DNA of 64,000 bases from an uncultured Chloroflexia bacterium (GTDB lineage: Bacteria; Chloroflexota; Chloroflexia; QHBQ01; JADMIH01). Shown here piece after piece: positions 30,526 through 40,616 of this stretch. The position numbers and the translations under genes were made by a program. The stretch is taken from assembly GCA_963797095.1 (NCBI GenBank), contig CAWCNY010000002.1, positions 1,216,001 through 1,280,000 of the forward strand. The letters are read 5' to 3'. Positions within the stretch are counted from its first letter, which is position 1, and each line of letters starts with the position of its first letter. The notes under the pieces were generated by a model, which saw only the letters and a program-made list of their open reading frames with translations, was not told the origin of the DNA and did no database searches.

Positions 30526-32610
30526 ATGCTCCTGCCCACTTCCCGAAAACCCGCTCTCAACGCCCCCCGCCGCCCTAACCATCCAATACGCAACAAGCAC
30601 CACGCAATCTGGCTGCTCATCTGCCTCCTTCTGTCTGCGGGTTCCTTCCTCCTGTCCGGCGCTCAGGCCCAGGCTCCCTCCTTCGCCGACCCCACCTTCG
30701 AGACCCTCTGGAACCGCACCAACTCTCTCGTCGCGTCCGGCGACGTGCAGCGCCCCTGGGTGTGGGGTCCTTCCCCCGGCCCCTCTCTTACCGAGCCTTT
30801 CTCCGGCCTCCCCGGCAACTCCCACCTCGTCCAGTACTTCGACAAAGGCCGCATGGAGATCAACAATCCTTCCGCCGACCCCACCGACCCCTTTTACGTC
30901 ACCAATGGCCGCCTAGCAGTCGAGCTAATCTCAGGCCAAGCCCAGGTCGGCGTCAACGCCTTCGAGAATCGCGGGCCCGCCCAGATCGACCTCGCCTCCG
31001 ACGCCGACGACCCTACGGCCCCCACCTACGGCTCCTTCAATGGCGTCTCAAGCATCCCCGGCGCTCCCAACGTCCGCACCGCCCCCGACCATACTGGCTC
31101 CATAGTTCGCACCGCCATCGACCGCCAGGGCGAGACCCAACCCTGGCCCGAAAACCATCTCGATTACGGCGTCCGCTACGCCCACTACGAAGAGACCACA
31201 GGCCACAACATCCCCGACGTTTTCTGGGATTACCTCAACCAGCAAACCGCCATCGTCCAGGACAAAGAGGTCGTGCAAGGCCCTCTCTTCTATCCCTGGT
31301 TCTCCATCACAGGCTACCCCATCTCCGAGCCATATTGGTCCTACGTAAAGGTCGAAGGCGAATACACCGACGTGCTCATCCAGGCCTACGAGCGTCGCAT
31401 CCTCACCTACGTCCCTCATCTCCCATCCCCTTTCAAAGTGCAGATGGGCAACATCGGCCAGCACTACTACGAATGGCGCTACCAGGCCAGCACCCCCGCC
31501 ACCCCCCCACCCCCCGCCGCTACCCCTACCTCGCCCGGTCCCCCTCCCAAGCCTAACGTCACCATCGACGGCATAGAGTACCGCCAGTCCATCGTTGATA
31601 TCAACGGTACCTTCTGCATCATCACCAACCGGGGCGACACCCCCATCTCCTTCGACGGCTGGCAACTCGATAGCCCCAAGTGGGGTTTCGTGGATAGCTT
31701 CCTCTTCCCCAACGGCATCACCCTCGCACCAGGCGCGAGCATCCGCGTCCATTCCGGCCCAGGCCGCAACTCTGATACCGATGTATATATGTCCAGGCCC
31801 ACGGTCATGTGGAACGGCCAACCCTACGATTACGCCGTCCTCTACGACAACTACGCCCGTCAGGTGGCCGATTTCTTCCCCGCCGGCGATGTCGGCTTGC
31901 CTCCACCCGCCAACCCCACTGACACCCCAGAACCCGGTAAAGCCACCGATACCCCAGAGCCTGGCAAAGCCACCGACACCCCCGAACCGGGTAAGGCCAC
32001 TGACACTCCCGTGGCCCCTCCACCCAACGAGACCGCTCCCGTGCCTGCCTCTACCGAAACCCCCACCGTCACTCCCACAACCGGCTCTCCCACCGCAACC
32101 GGCAGCCCCACCGCTACCGCCACATCCGGCGCAGGGACCGACTGCACCGACCTTATGGTGAACGGCGGCTTCGAGGATATTGAACGGAACTGGGTCGCCA
32201 GCACCAACAGCGATGTAGACCTCATAACCGACGAACTGCCCCACACAGGCACCTACTCCGCCATTATGGGCTTCTTCGACAACTCCGACGATAAGCTCTA
32301 TCAGGTCGTTACTCTCCCCTCCGATCTCAAATCCGCCGACCTGAGCTACTGGCGTATCATAGGCAGCGATGACGACAGTGGAGTAGATCACGATTTCCTC
32401 TATGTCGATGTGCTGACCGAATCCGGCAGCCTTCTGGGCACGGTCGAAACCCTCAGCAACCGCGACGCCGATAACACCTGGCAGCAATCCACCAAAAGCG
32501 TCCTTTCCTTCGGAGGTCAGAACGTCCGCATCCAATTCCGCGTAGCGACCGACGCCTCCATAAATACGGCCTTCGGCATCGACGACGTGAGCCTCAAGGC
32601 CTGTCACTAA
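30526..32610 (+). CDS. Secreted multidomain protein: Chloroflexi-type N-domain, lamin-tail domain, P/T linker, C-terminal jelly-roll domain
   Basis: Signal peptide; VQYFDKGRMEIN/GHNIPDVFW; ITNRGDTPISFDGW..LAPGASIRVHSG (LTD); 3x TDTPEPGKA; NGGFE...IDDVSL. Confidence 0.75.
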   Translation: MLLPTSRKPALNAPRRPNHPIRNKHHAIWLLICLLLSAGSFLLSGAQAQAPSFADPTFETLWNRTNSLVASGDVQRPWVWGPSPGPSLTEPFSGLPGNSHLVQYFDKGRMEINNPSADPTDPFYVTNGRLAVELISGQAQVGVNAFENRGPAQIDLASDADDPTAPTYGSFNGVSSIPGAPNVRTAPDHTGSIVRTAIDRQGETQPWPENHLDYGVRYAHYEETTGHNIPDVFWDYLNQQTAIVQDKEVVQGPLFYPWFSITGYPISEPYWSYVKVEGEYTDVLIQAYERRILTYVPHLPSPFKVQMGNIGQHYYEWRYQASTPATPPPPAATPTSPGPPPKPNVTIDGIEYRQSIVDINGTFCIITNRGDTPISFDGWQLDSPKWGFVDSFLFPNGITLAPGASIRVHSGPGRNSDTDVYMSRPTVMWNGQPYDYAVLYDNYARQVADFFPAGDVGLPPPANPTDTPEPGKATDTPEPGKATDTPEPGKATDTPVAPPPNETAPVPASTETPTVTPTTGSPTATGSPTATATSGAGTDCTDLMVNGGFEDIERNWVASTNSDVDLITDELPHTGTYSAIMGFFDNSDDKLYQVVTLPSDLKSADLSYWRIIGSDDDSGVDHDFLYVDVLTESGSLLGTVETLSNRDADNTWQQSTKSVLSFGGQNVRIQFRVATDASINTAFGIDDVSLKACH

Positions 32611-32714
32611 TCGGTAGTCGGTAGTCGGAAGAGGCCGAGCGGTACACGAACCCAAAACCCAGGAACTACTCGCTACTCGCTACTCGCTACTCCGACTACC
32701 GACTACCGACTACC
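32611..32714. repeat. Inverted heptamer arrays (TCGGTAG)n ... (CTACTCG)n(ACTACCG)n
   Basis: Seen directly; can fold into a long hairpin. Confidence 0.8.
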
Positions 32715-32718
32715 AACC

Positions 32719-34563
32719 GTGTCCACCCTGACAGCCACCCAACCCACCCCCTACCGAATAACCGCCGGTATCGGCGCGGGTGCCGGTGCAGCCTTCGTCA
32801 TGCTGCTGGTGATGGCCCTCCTCCGTCTCATCTTCGGCTTCCTCACCATCCCTGAGCTACTCCTCAACCCCATCCTTCGCATCATGGGAGGCCAGGCTTT
32901 CTCCGACCTCCTCGACCGCCTCTACTACGCCGGTCGCCCCCTCCTCTTCGCCACCATCCTGGAAGGCACCCTCCTCCTGGGCGCGCTCCTCGGCCTTCTC
33001 TACACCGCCCTCTCCCGCTCCAACTCCGTCACAGGCGAGCGCGCCGCCCTCCTATCCAGCCCTCTTGGCGGTCTCCTCTACGGCCTCCTCATAGGCATCC
33101 TCCTCAACCTCCTGTTCCTCCCCCTGGTAGGCCAGCCCCCATTCGCCTCCTCTCCCTACGGCCTCTTCTCCAACTCCCCCATCCCTCTCTGGCTCGGCAT
33201 GTTCCTCCTTGCCACCACCTTCGGCACCGTCCTCCACCTCCTCCTCCCGCGCAATACCTCTTTCTTCGCCACCTCCGACGATGATGACGACCTCGCCCTC
33301 GACGAAGGCCGCCGCGATTTCCTCCGCGTGCTGGGCGGCACCTTCGCGGCCCTCGCGGGCGGCGCGCTCTTCGCCGCCGGGGGCACCATCCTGGTCCAGG
33401 GTGGCCTCCAAAGCCCCGTCAACAACAACCTCGACAGCGCCGGAGTATCTTCCCCACCTGAACTTCCCACCGTCCAACCTGAAGCTACCGCCACCAAACC
33501 ACCACCCGCCCCCACGCGCACCTCCACCCCCCTCCCCACCTCCACCCCCCTCCCCACCTCAACTCCTCGCCCCCACCCCACCGACGCCCCGCCTCCAACC
33601 TCCACCCCTATCCCACCAACCGACACCCCCTTCCCGCCCACTGACACCCCTCTCCCCACGGCCACTCCCACCCCCGCGATCAACGTATCGGAGCTTACCC
33701 CTACCGCCAGCTTCTACCACGTCAGCAAGAACTTCTTCGACCCCCAGCCCGACACTAACACCTGGCGGCTTGAGATCAAGGGCCTCGTCAACAACCCCTA
33801 CACCCTCACCTATAACGACCTGATCGCCCTCCCCTCCGTAGAGGTAGTCGTAGGCATGATGTGCATCAGCAACCCCGTTGGCGGCTCTCTCATCGGCAAC
33901 ACCCGCTGGCGTGGCGTGCCCCTGGCCGACCTCATCGCCAAAGCCAAACCCAGGCGCACCGTCGTGGATGTGGCAATGACCGCCGCCGACGGATACACCA
34001 ACTCCATCACCTACGAGAAGGCCACTGACCCCGATGTTATCCTCGTCTGGGAAATGGACGGCGCTCCCCTCCCCTACGACCACGGCTACCCCGCCCGCCT
34101 GCTGGTGCCCGGCATCTACGGCATGAAGCACGTCAAGTGGCTCACCACCATCGAACTTGTCGACTACGACTTCCGGGGCTTCTGGCAGCAGCCCGACCAG
34201 GGTTGGAGCGAGCCTGCCCCCGTCAAGACCATGAGCAAGATCGTCTACCCCACCGCCGACAAATCCCTCCCCCTTGCCACCAACCCCATCTCCGGCGTCG
34301 CCTTCGCGGGCGACCGCTCCATCTCTCGCGTCGAAGTCAGCACCGACAACGGCACCACCTGGGCCGACGCCTATCTCAAGCCCAACCTGAGCGATACCTC
34401 CTGGGTTCTCTGGGCCTACGACTGGACCCCTCCCGCCCCCGGCAAATACACAGTCCGCGTTCGCGCCACCGACGGCCAGGGCAACACCCAGACCTCCAAG
34501 CGCACCGACCCCTACCCCAACGGGGCCACCGGCTACCACACCATCACCTACACCATCAAATAG
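32719..34563 (+). CDS. Membrane-anchored sulfite-oxidase-family molybdopterin oxidoreductase
   Basis: TM N-domain; RRDFL Tat-like motif; MCISNPVGG Mo-Cys; HGYPARLLVPGIYGMKHVKW. Confidence 0.9.
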   Translation: MSTLTATQPTPYRITAGIGAGAGAAFVMLLVMALLRLIFGFLTIPELLLNPILRIMGGQAFSDLLDRLYYAGRPLLFATILEGTLLLGALLGLLYTALSRSNSVTGERAALLSSPLGGLLYGLLIGILLNLLFLPLVGQPPFASSPYGLFSNSPIPLWLGMFLLATTFGTVLHLLLPRNTSFFATSDDDDDLALDEGRRDFLRVLGGTFAALAGGALFAAGGTILVQGGLQSPVNNNLDSAGVSSPPELPTVQPEATATKPPPAPTRTSTPLPTSTPLPTSTPRPHPTDAPPPTSTPIPPTDTPFPPTDTPLPTATPTPAINVSELTPTASFYHVSKNFFDPQPDTNTWRLEIKGLVNNPYTLTYNDLIALPSVEVVVGMMCISNPVGGSLIGNTRWRGVPLADLIAKAKPRRTVVDVAMTAADGYTNSITYEKATDPDVILVWEMDGAPLPYDHGYPARLLVPGIYGMKHVKWLTTIELVDYDFRGFWQQPDQGWSEPAPVKTMSKIVYPTADKSLPLATNPISGVAFAGDRSISRVEVSTDNGTTWADAYLKPNLSDTSWVLWAYDWTPPAPGKYTVRVRATDGQGNTQTSKRTDPYPNGATGYHTITYTIK

Positions 34564-34640
34564 CCCCTGCCGGCCATCCCCCTCGCCCGCCACCCCTTGA
34601 ATCCCCATGTTCACCACACCAACCCCAAGGAGACACCACA

Positions 34641-35507
34641 ATGAAAATAGGCGTAGGTCTACCCATCACAGTCCCAGGCACCCCCGGCACCCTCCTCGTA
34701 GAGTGGGCCAAACGCGCCGAGGACCTCGGCTTCTCGACCCTCACCACCATCGACCGCATAGCCTACCCGAGCTACGAATCCCTTATCGCCCTGGCCGCTG
34801 CCGCGGGTGCCACCCGCACAATCCGCCTCATGACCAACATCCTCCTCGCACCCACCCGCAATCCCGTCCTCTTAGCCAAAGAAGCCGCCAGCCTCGACCA
34901 ACTCTCCGGCGGCAGGTTCACCCTCGGTATCGGCGTGGGTGGTCGCCCCGACGACTTCGACCTCACCGAGCAAAACATCCACACAAGGGGCAAGCGCCTC
35001 GACGCCGCCCTCGACCTCATGCTCAAAGTATGGCGCGGCGACCTCATCCCCGGCAGCGCCAAACCCGTGTCTCCCATCGCCACCCATGATGGCCGCATCC
35101 CCATCCTCATAGGCGGCACCTCCCAGCCCGCCCTCGACCGCATGGCCCGCTTCGCCTCCGGCTGGACCGCAGGTGGTGGCCCTCCTGAGCGCAGCATCCC
35201 CTTCCTCGATAAGGTTCGCCAGGCCTGGCAGGCCGCAGGCCGCGAAGGCAATCCCCGCCTCGTCGCCCTCTGCTACTCCGCCCTCGGTCCCAACGCAAAG
35301 GAGCGCGCCACCCGCACCCTCATCGACTACTACGGCGATTGGGGCAACGGCATACTTTCCTTCATGCCCGACGCGCCCCAGGCTCTCCAGGATATAGCAG
35401 GCAGATTCCAGCAAGCAGGCTTCGACGAGCTAAACTTCAGCCCCACCATAGCCGAAATGGATCAACTGGAGGGCCTCGCGCAAGCAGTCCTCAATCTCTC
35501 AAGCTAG
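34641..35507 (+). CDS. LLM-class flavin-dependent oxidoreductase
   Basis: AEDLGFS, LAKEAASLDQLSGGRFTLGIGVG, PILIGG; AAGGAG RBS. Confidence 0.9.
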   Translation: MKIGVGLPITVPGTPGTLLVEWAKRAEDLGFSTLTTIDRIAYPSYESLIALAAAAGATRTIRLMTNILLAPTRNPVLLAKEAASLDQLSGGRFTLGIGVGGRPDDFDLTEQNIHTRGKRLDAALDLMLKVWRGDLIPGSAKPVSPIATHDGRIPILIGGTSQPALDRMARFASGWTAGGGPPERSIPFLDKVRQAWQAAGREGNPRLVALCYSALGPNAKERATRTLIDYYGDWGNGILSFMPDAPQALQDIAGRFQQAGFDELNFSPTIAEMDQLEGLAQAVLNLSS

Positions 35508-35785
35508 CCCACCCGCGATCCAGCGCCGGTGCAAAGTCAGATAAAAGGCATAGAGATTGCCACCACTCTACGCCTTGCTATCCTTGTTACCATCCTTGTT
35601 ACCATCCTGCTTGTCATTCTGAACGAAGTGAAGAATGACACATCCAATCTAGGCACGTCGAGTACCCACTTTGCACCCGCCCCGCCCCGCGATCCCACTC
35701 ACCGCTCACCATTCACCTCACCACTCATCACTCGTGACTCATCACTCGTCACTCATCACTCGTCAAAAACCATACCTTTGGCCAC

Positions 35786-35814
35786 TTGCAAACACAGAAC
35801 AAGTGTGCTAAGAT
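35786..35814 (+). promoter_or_regulatory. Promoter TTGCAA-17-TAAGAT containing a near-consensus GAAC-N4-GTTC SOS box (GAACAAGTGTGC)
   Basis: Exact 17-bp spacing; one mismatch to the Gram-positive/Chloroflexi-type LexA box. Confidence 0.4.
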
Positions 35815-36645
35815 CCAATACAAGAAGTACTTTCAACCTCCCTGCCGCGCAGCATGGAGGACATAAGGACGAGACTGGTGTCCCTATGCAACCTTTGCGT
35901 TTAGCACCTTACCAAAGGAACAAAACAAAAGGAGAGAGCAGCCAAAGTCGCAGGCCGCACCCGTGTTGCATCACGACTGCACCACGACCACAATCTCAAA
36001 AAGCGCTCCGGTCTCCCACCACCGGCCCCTAACGGGACCAACACGGAGCAGTAATCCAGTGTGCATTCGTGTCACACCTCTAAAGGCAAGAGGAACCCTG
36101 CGCCACAAGTACCAGTTGCGCCACAGGGACACCATCCCGTAAGCCGACCATCCACCGCTCTACTAACGATGACCTACAAGCAAACGAACCAACAAGGTCC
36201 TTGTCATCCTGAGCGAAGCGAAGGATCTCGCTCTAAAAGATCACACTTTGGCAACCAACCAACCCACAGAGTGCCCACACCAAGCAAGGTCCCCACAACG
36301 CAAAAGATCAAGATGCGTTTCCAGCAAGACCATCCTTAGCAGAGCACAACCAACAACCAGACAGAAAAGGAGGAGGGTGCATAAGGGCCCAAAACCCCTA
36401 TGCACCCTCTTCCCCATACCCACCAATCGACACTCCCCACTCCGCACTCCCCACTCCGCACTCCCCACTACAAAAACCTTCGTGCCCTTCGTACTCCTTC
36501 GTACTCCTTCGCATCTTCGTGTACAAAAACCCCAAATAAGCCATACGCACTCCGCACTCCGCACTCCGCACCCCTCCCGTTTGGTATAATACCCACAAGG
36601 CGTACCGCGCACACCGCCGGAAACAAAATAAGGAGGACCCTATCC

Positions 36646-38610
36646 ATGAAGGGTGCCAGGTCATACCGAAACCGATCCTATCTCATAGGAGCATTAGCGC
36701 TTATCACAGGCACGGCCCTCGCCGTCGCCGACCGCGCAGGCCGCATCAGCAAGAACGGGTCGCGCCCACACCGCGCGACAGAAAAACTCCAATATGGCTT
36801 CCCCAAGCCTCCCATCCCCACCTACGAGCGCGTCCTTGTCGCCATCTTCAGCCGCGTCAACCGCCGCGTCGAATGGCACAAGCTCCCCCTCCCCCTCGCC
36901 ATCCTCAACCTCCTCGCCCTCCGTGTCCAACTGCGCGAGCACAACCTCCACGACACCACCCCCATCTCCCGCATGGAAGACATCCCAATCTCCAAAATGG
37001 GCACCCACGTCCTCTACCAGCGCACACCCGACGGCATCTTCAACGATCTCAAATACCCCGAAATGGGCAAAGCGGGCGTCCGCTTCGGTCGCAACGTCCC
37101 CCTCGAATACACCCACCCCGACCCCGAACCCGCTCTCCTCAACCCCAGCCCCCGCCTCGTCAGCCGCACCCTCATGACCCGCACCGAGTTCATCCCCGCC
37201 ACCATCCTCAATATGCTCGCCGCCGCCTGGATCCAGTTCATGACCCACGACTGGTTCAACCACGGCCCCAACAGCCCCGATAACCCCCTCGAAATCCCTC
37301 TTACCGACGACGACCCCTGGACCGACCGCCCCATGCGCATCGAGCGCACCCCCGCCGACCCCACCCGCACCCCCGAAGAAGACCGCGCGGGTGTCCCCCC
37401 CGCCTATATCAACACCCAGTCCCACTGGTGGGATGGCTCAGGCGTCTACGGCTGCGACGACGCCACCTGCGCCGCCCTGCGCACCCACCGCGACGGCAAG
37501 CTCAAGACCGACCGTGGTCGCCTCCCCCTCGACCCCGAAACCGGCCTCTCCATCACCGGCTTCAACGACAACTGGTGGATCGGCCTCGGCCTCATGCACA
37601 CCCTCTTCACCCTTGAGCACAACGCCATCGCCGACCGCCTCAAGCGCGAGTACCCCGGCTGGACCGACGAGCAGCTATACCAGACCGCCCGCCTCATCAA
37701 CGCCGCCCTCATGGCGAAGATCCACACCGTCGAGTGGACCCCCGCCATCCTTCCCAACCCCGTGATGCAAATAGCCATGAACGCCAACTGGTGGGGCCTC
37801 GAAAGCGAGCGCGTCAACAAAGCCTTTGGCCGCCTCTCCGACGACGAAGTGCTCAGCGGCATCCCCGGCTCCCCCACCGAGCACAACGGTGCCCCCTTCA
37901 CCCTCACCGAGGAGTTCGCCTCAGTCTACCGCCTCCACCCCCTCATCCCCGACGACATCACCATCACCTCCCTCAAAACGGGCAAGGTGCTCAAAGAGCT
38001 ACAATTCATCGAAGTCACCAACCGCAACGCCGCCACCGTCATCGACGACAAAGTTGATGTCACCGATGTCCTCTACTCCTTCGGAACCTCCCACCCCGGC
38101 GCGGTCTGCCTCCACAACTACCCCCGCTTCCTGCAAGACCTCAACACCCAGAAAGGCGCGCACGTAGACCTGGCAGCAGTTGACATAATGCGCGACCGCG
38201 AGCGCGGCGTGCCCCGCTACAACCAGTTCCGCCGCCTAATCCACCGCGAGCCTGTTACCTCCTTCGAAGAGCTAACCCCCAACGAGCAGTGGCAGCGCGA
38301 ATTGCGCGAGGTCTACAACAACGACATAGAGGCCGTTGACCTTCAGGTCGGCATGATGGCCGAAACCCCGCCCGAAGGCTTCGGCTTCAGCGACACGGCC
38401 TTCCGCATCTTCATCCTGATGGCCTCGCGCCGCCTCAAGAGCGACCGCTTCTTCACCACCGACTACAACGCCAGGGTCTACACCCAGGCAGGCATGGACT
38501 GGATCAACAAGAACACAATGGTGACAATCCTACTGCGCCACTACCCGGAGCTAGCCGCCACCCTGAGAGGAGTAGAAAACGCCTTCGCCCCCTGGCCCAA
38601 GATCCATTAG
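36646..38610 (+). CDS. Animal heme peroxidase/cyclooxygenase superfamily, alpha-dioxygenase-like
   Basis: AAWIQFMTHDWF (distal His), EEFASVYRLHP (catalytic Tyr and proximal His), RDRERGVPRYN; AGGAGG RBS. Confidence 0.9.
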   Translation: MKGARSYRNRSYLIGALALITGTALAVADRAGRISKNGSRPHRATEKLQYGFPKPPIPTYERVLVAIFSRVNRRVEWHKLPLPLAILNLLALRVQLREHNLHDTTPISRMEDIPISKMGTHVLYQRTPDGIFNDLKYPEMGKAGVRFGRNVPLEYTHPDPEPALLNPSPRLVSRTLMTRTEFIPATILNMLAAAWIQFMTHDWFNHGPNSPDNPLEIPLTDDDPWTDRPMRIERTPADPTRTPEEDRAGVPPAYINTQSHWWDGSGVYGCDDATCAALRTHRDGKLKTDRGRLPLDPETGLSITGFNDNWWIGLGLMHTLFTLEHNAIADRLKREYPGWTDEQLYQTARLINAALMAKIHTVEWTPAILPNPVMQIAMNANWWGLESERVNKAFGRLSDDEVLSGIPGSPTEHNGAPFTLTEEFASVYRLHPLIPDDITITSLKTGKVLKELQFIEVTNRNAATVIDDKVDVTDVLYSFGTSHPGAVCLHNYPRFLQDLNTQKGAHVDLAAVDIMRDRERGVPRYNQFRRLIHREPVTSFEELTPNEQWQRELREVYNNDIEAVDLQVGMMAETPPEGFGFSDTAFRIFILMASRRLKSDRFFTTDYNARVYTQAGMDWINKNTMVTILLRHYPELAATLRGVENAFAPWPKIH

Positions 38611-38649
38611 TTCCAGTTGCTAAGATGGTAAGCGTTCGCCCTTAGGGTG

Positions 38650-38757
38650 AAGGGGGTGCAGGCGGAACAGCCTGCCGGGCGGGTTTGGGGGTGTCCCCCA
38701 ATCTTTCCCCCACAATTTACTTCTCCCCTCCCACGTATGGGAGGGGCCGGGGTGGGC
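38650..38757. repeat. GC-rich palindromic REP-like cluster
   Basis: GCAGGC..GCCTGC, TTGGGGG..CCCCCAA and CCCCTCCCA..TGGGAGGGG hairpins in an intergenic space. Confidence 0.55.
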
Positions 38758-38793
38758 CTTGATTGTGAGTACTCGGCAACCAGGAACGAGGAA

Positions 38794-39450
38794 CTAGGAA
38801 CTACCCACCAGATACTCCAAAAACCAATCGCGCGCCAATCGCGCAACCTCCTCCATAGTCCCAGGCTCCTCGAACAGGTGCGTAGCACCCGGCACCAGCA
38901 CCAGCTTCTTCACCCCCGGCAATTGCTCAAGTGCCGTCTCGTTCAAAGGGATCACATGAACATCGTTCCCGCCCACGATCAAGAGAGTAGGTGCCTGCAC
39001 CCCTGCCAGCACCTTCCCGGCAAGGTCGGGCCTCCCACCCCTCGACACCACCGCCCCCACATCGTCAGGGCGTTGCGCCGCCGCCATCAGGGCCGCGCCA
39101 CCTCCGGTGCTCGTCCCGAAGTACCCGAGTCGCAGGTCCCGTGTCGCCTCCTGCCCCTGCAACCACTCGGCCGCCCCCACCAATCTCTCCGCCAGGAACT
39201 CGATATCGAAGCGCAGGTGCCCCGTAATCGCATCTATGCGCTCCTCGTCCATCGTAAGGAGGTCCATCAGCAGAGTAGCCAGTCCTGCCTTGTTCAATAC
39301 ATGGGCCACATACCGGTTGCGCCTGCTGTGCCTGCTGCTTCCGCTCCCATGCGCGAAGAGCACCACGCCTGTAGCGCCCTCAGGCACGACCAGATCCCCG
39401 GCCAACGTAACGCCGCCCGCCTCTATAGATACCGATGTGCTGTTGTCCAT
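38794..39450 (-). CDS. Dienelactone-hydrolase-family alpha/beta hydrolase
   Basis: FAHGSGSSRHS, GTSTGG, VSRGGRPDL, GATHLFEE. Confidence 0.9.
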   Translation of the reverse strand: MDNSTSVSIEAGGVTLAGDLVVPEGATGVVLFAHGSGSSRHSRRNRYVAHVLNKAGLATLLMDLLTMDEERIDAITGHLRFDIEFLAERLVGAAEWLQGQEATRDLRLGYFGTSTGGGAALMAAAQRPDDVGAVVSRGGRPDLAGKVLAGVQAPTLLIVGGNDVHVIPLNETALEQLPGVKKLVLVPGATHLFEEPGTMEEVARLARDWFLEYLVGSS

Positions 39451-39489
39451 AAGCCCCTACCTTGCTGCAAGCTGCGTTCAGTTCGTGAA

Positions 39490-40155
39490 CTACGATGTAC
39501 CACTGCCGCTCTTCGAATCATGCAGCAAGTTGCGTACCTGCTCATCGGTTGTGGGGCTAAAATCGTGATACCAGAGGCCAACAGCGAAGAATTGGTCGGG
39601 AGTATAGGGGCAAATCACGTCATCCACGGTGCTTCTCAACAGTGCGCAGGTCTGGGCCGCGGCCACCGGCACCGCCACCACCACCCGTGCAGGCCCCTGC
39701 TTCTTGAGCGCAGCAATCGCCGCCCTCATAGTCGAGCCGGTCGCCAGCCCGTCGTCCACCAGTATGACCGTCTTGCCTGCCACCTCAGGTGGCGCACTGT
39801 CCCCACGGTACAGGCTCTCGCGCCGGGCCATCTCCTGCCACTCCCGCAGAGACACCGCCCTGATCACCTCGTCCGGGATGCCCATCTCGTCTATCACCTC
39901 CCGGTTGAGCGACATCACCCCTCCGGTGGCGATAGCACCCATTGCCAACTCCTCGTGGCCGGGCACTCCCAGTTTCCTCACCAAATAGACGTCGAGTGGC
40001 GCGTGCAAAGCCTTCGCCACCTCGTAAGCTACGGGCACACCGCCCCTCGGCAAGCCGAGCACCAACACATCGTCCCTATCCCGGTAAGCCTCCAACCCCT
40101 CGGCCAGCCTCTGCCCCGCGTCCTTCCTGTCTCTATACTGCGGTTCTGCGGGCAT
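39490..40155 (-). CDS. Phosphoribosyltransferase
   Basis: LGLPRGGVPV, ILVDDGLATGST. Confidence 0.92.
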   Translation of the reverse strand: MPAEPQYRDRKDAGQRLAEGLEAYRDRDDVLVLGLPRGGVPVAYEVAKALHAPLDVYLVRKLGVPGHEELAMGAIATGGVMSLNREVIDEMGIPDEVIRAVSLREWQEMARRESLYRGDSAPPEVAGKTVILVDDGLATGSTMRAAIAALKKQGPARVVVAVPVAAAQTCALLRSTVDDVICPYTPDQFFAVGLWYHDFSPTTDEQVRNLLHDSKSGSGTS

Positions 40156-40616
40156 ACATCCTTCCTCTCTGCTCTACCTTCCAGCGTTCAAACCACCGCG
40201 CTCCCATTATAGCACCCAGCAAGAACCAAGCCTGACGTGCGATGAGTGACGAGTATAGCAGTACGAAGTACGAAGTACGGGCCATATTCTGTCTTCACCT
40301 TGTTAGTATTAGGGAAGAAGAGGCAAACAAAACCGGCATGCCCAAGTTGGGTAGCCGGTGCCGGATTCCGCCTGTGATGGAGCGCATCACGAACCTGTAG
40401 AGATTCGTGAGCGACTGAGATTCTCTTTACCGGACCATAGTCTCCCATCCTTCAGGGCGACAGAAAAGCCAGGCTGTCGCGCCCTCTAATGTGCGGAACT
40501 GCCGGAATTATTCCATATCGTTTATAATCTTGTACTGTGTAGCGACATACAACTAACGGTGGTAACTGATCCTAGATCCTTCTGGTCCAACTCCCTAAAA
40601 TCTCGGAGGGTATTGC

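Noticed and set aside
34137-36645. N-terminal extensions of the LLM (34137) and peroxidase (36400) ORFs, and ORFs 35529-36664
   Set aside because: They overlap another gene or are translations of heptamer/REP repeats; RBS-supported starts are 34641 and 36646.
31048-40212. Long antisense or alternative-frame ORFs (31048-32655, 33559-34641, 38647-40212; likewise 26425-27531 and 52227-53378)
   Set aside because: Shadow ORFs of GC-rich real genes, with no motifs.
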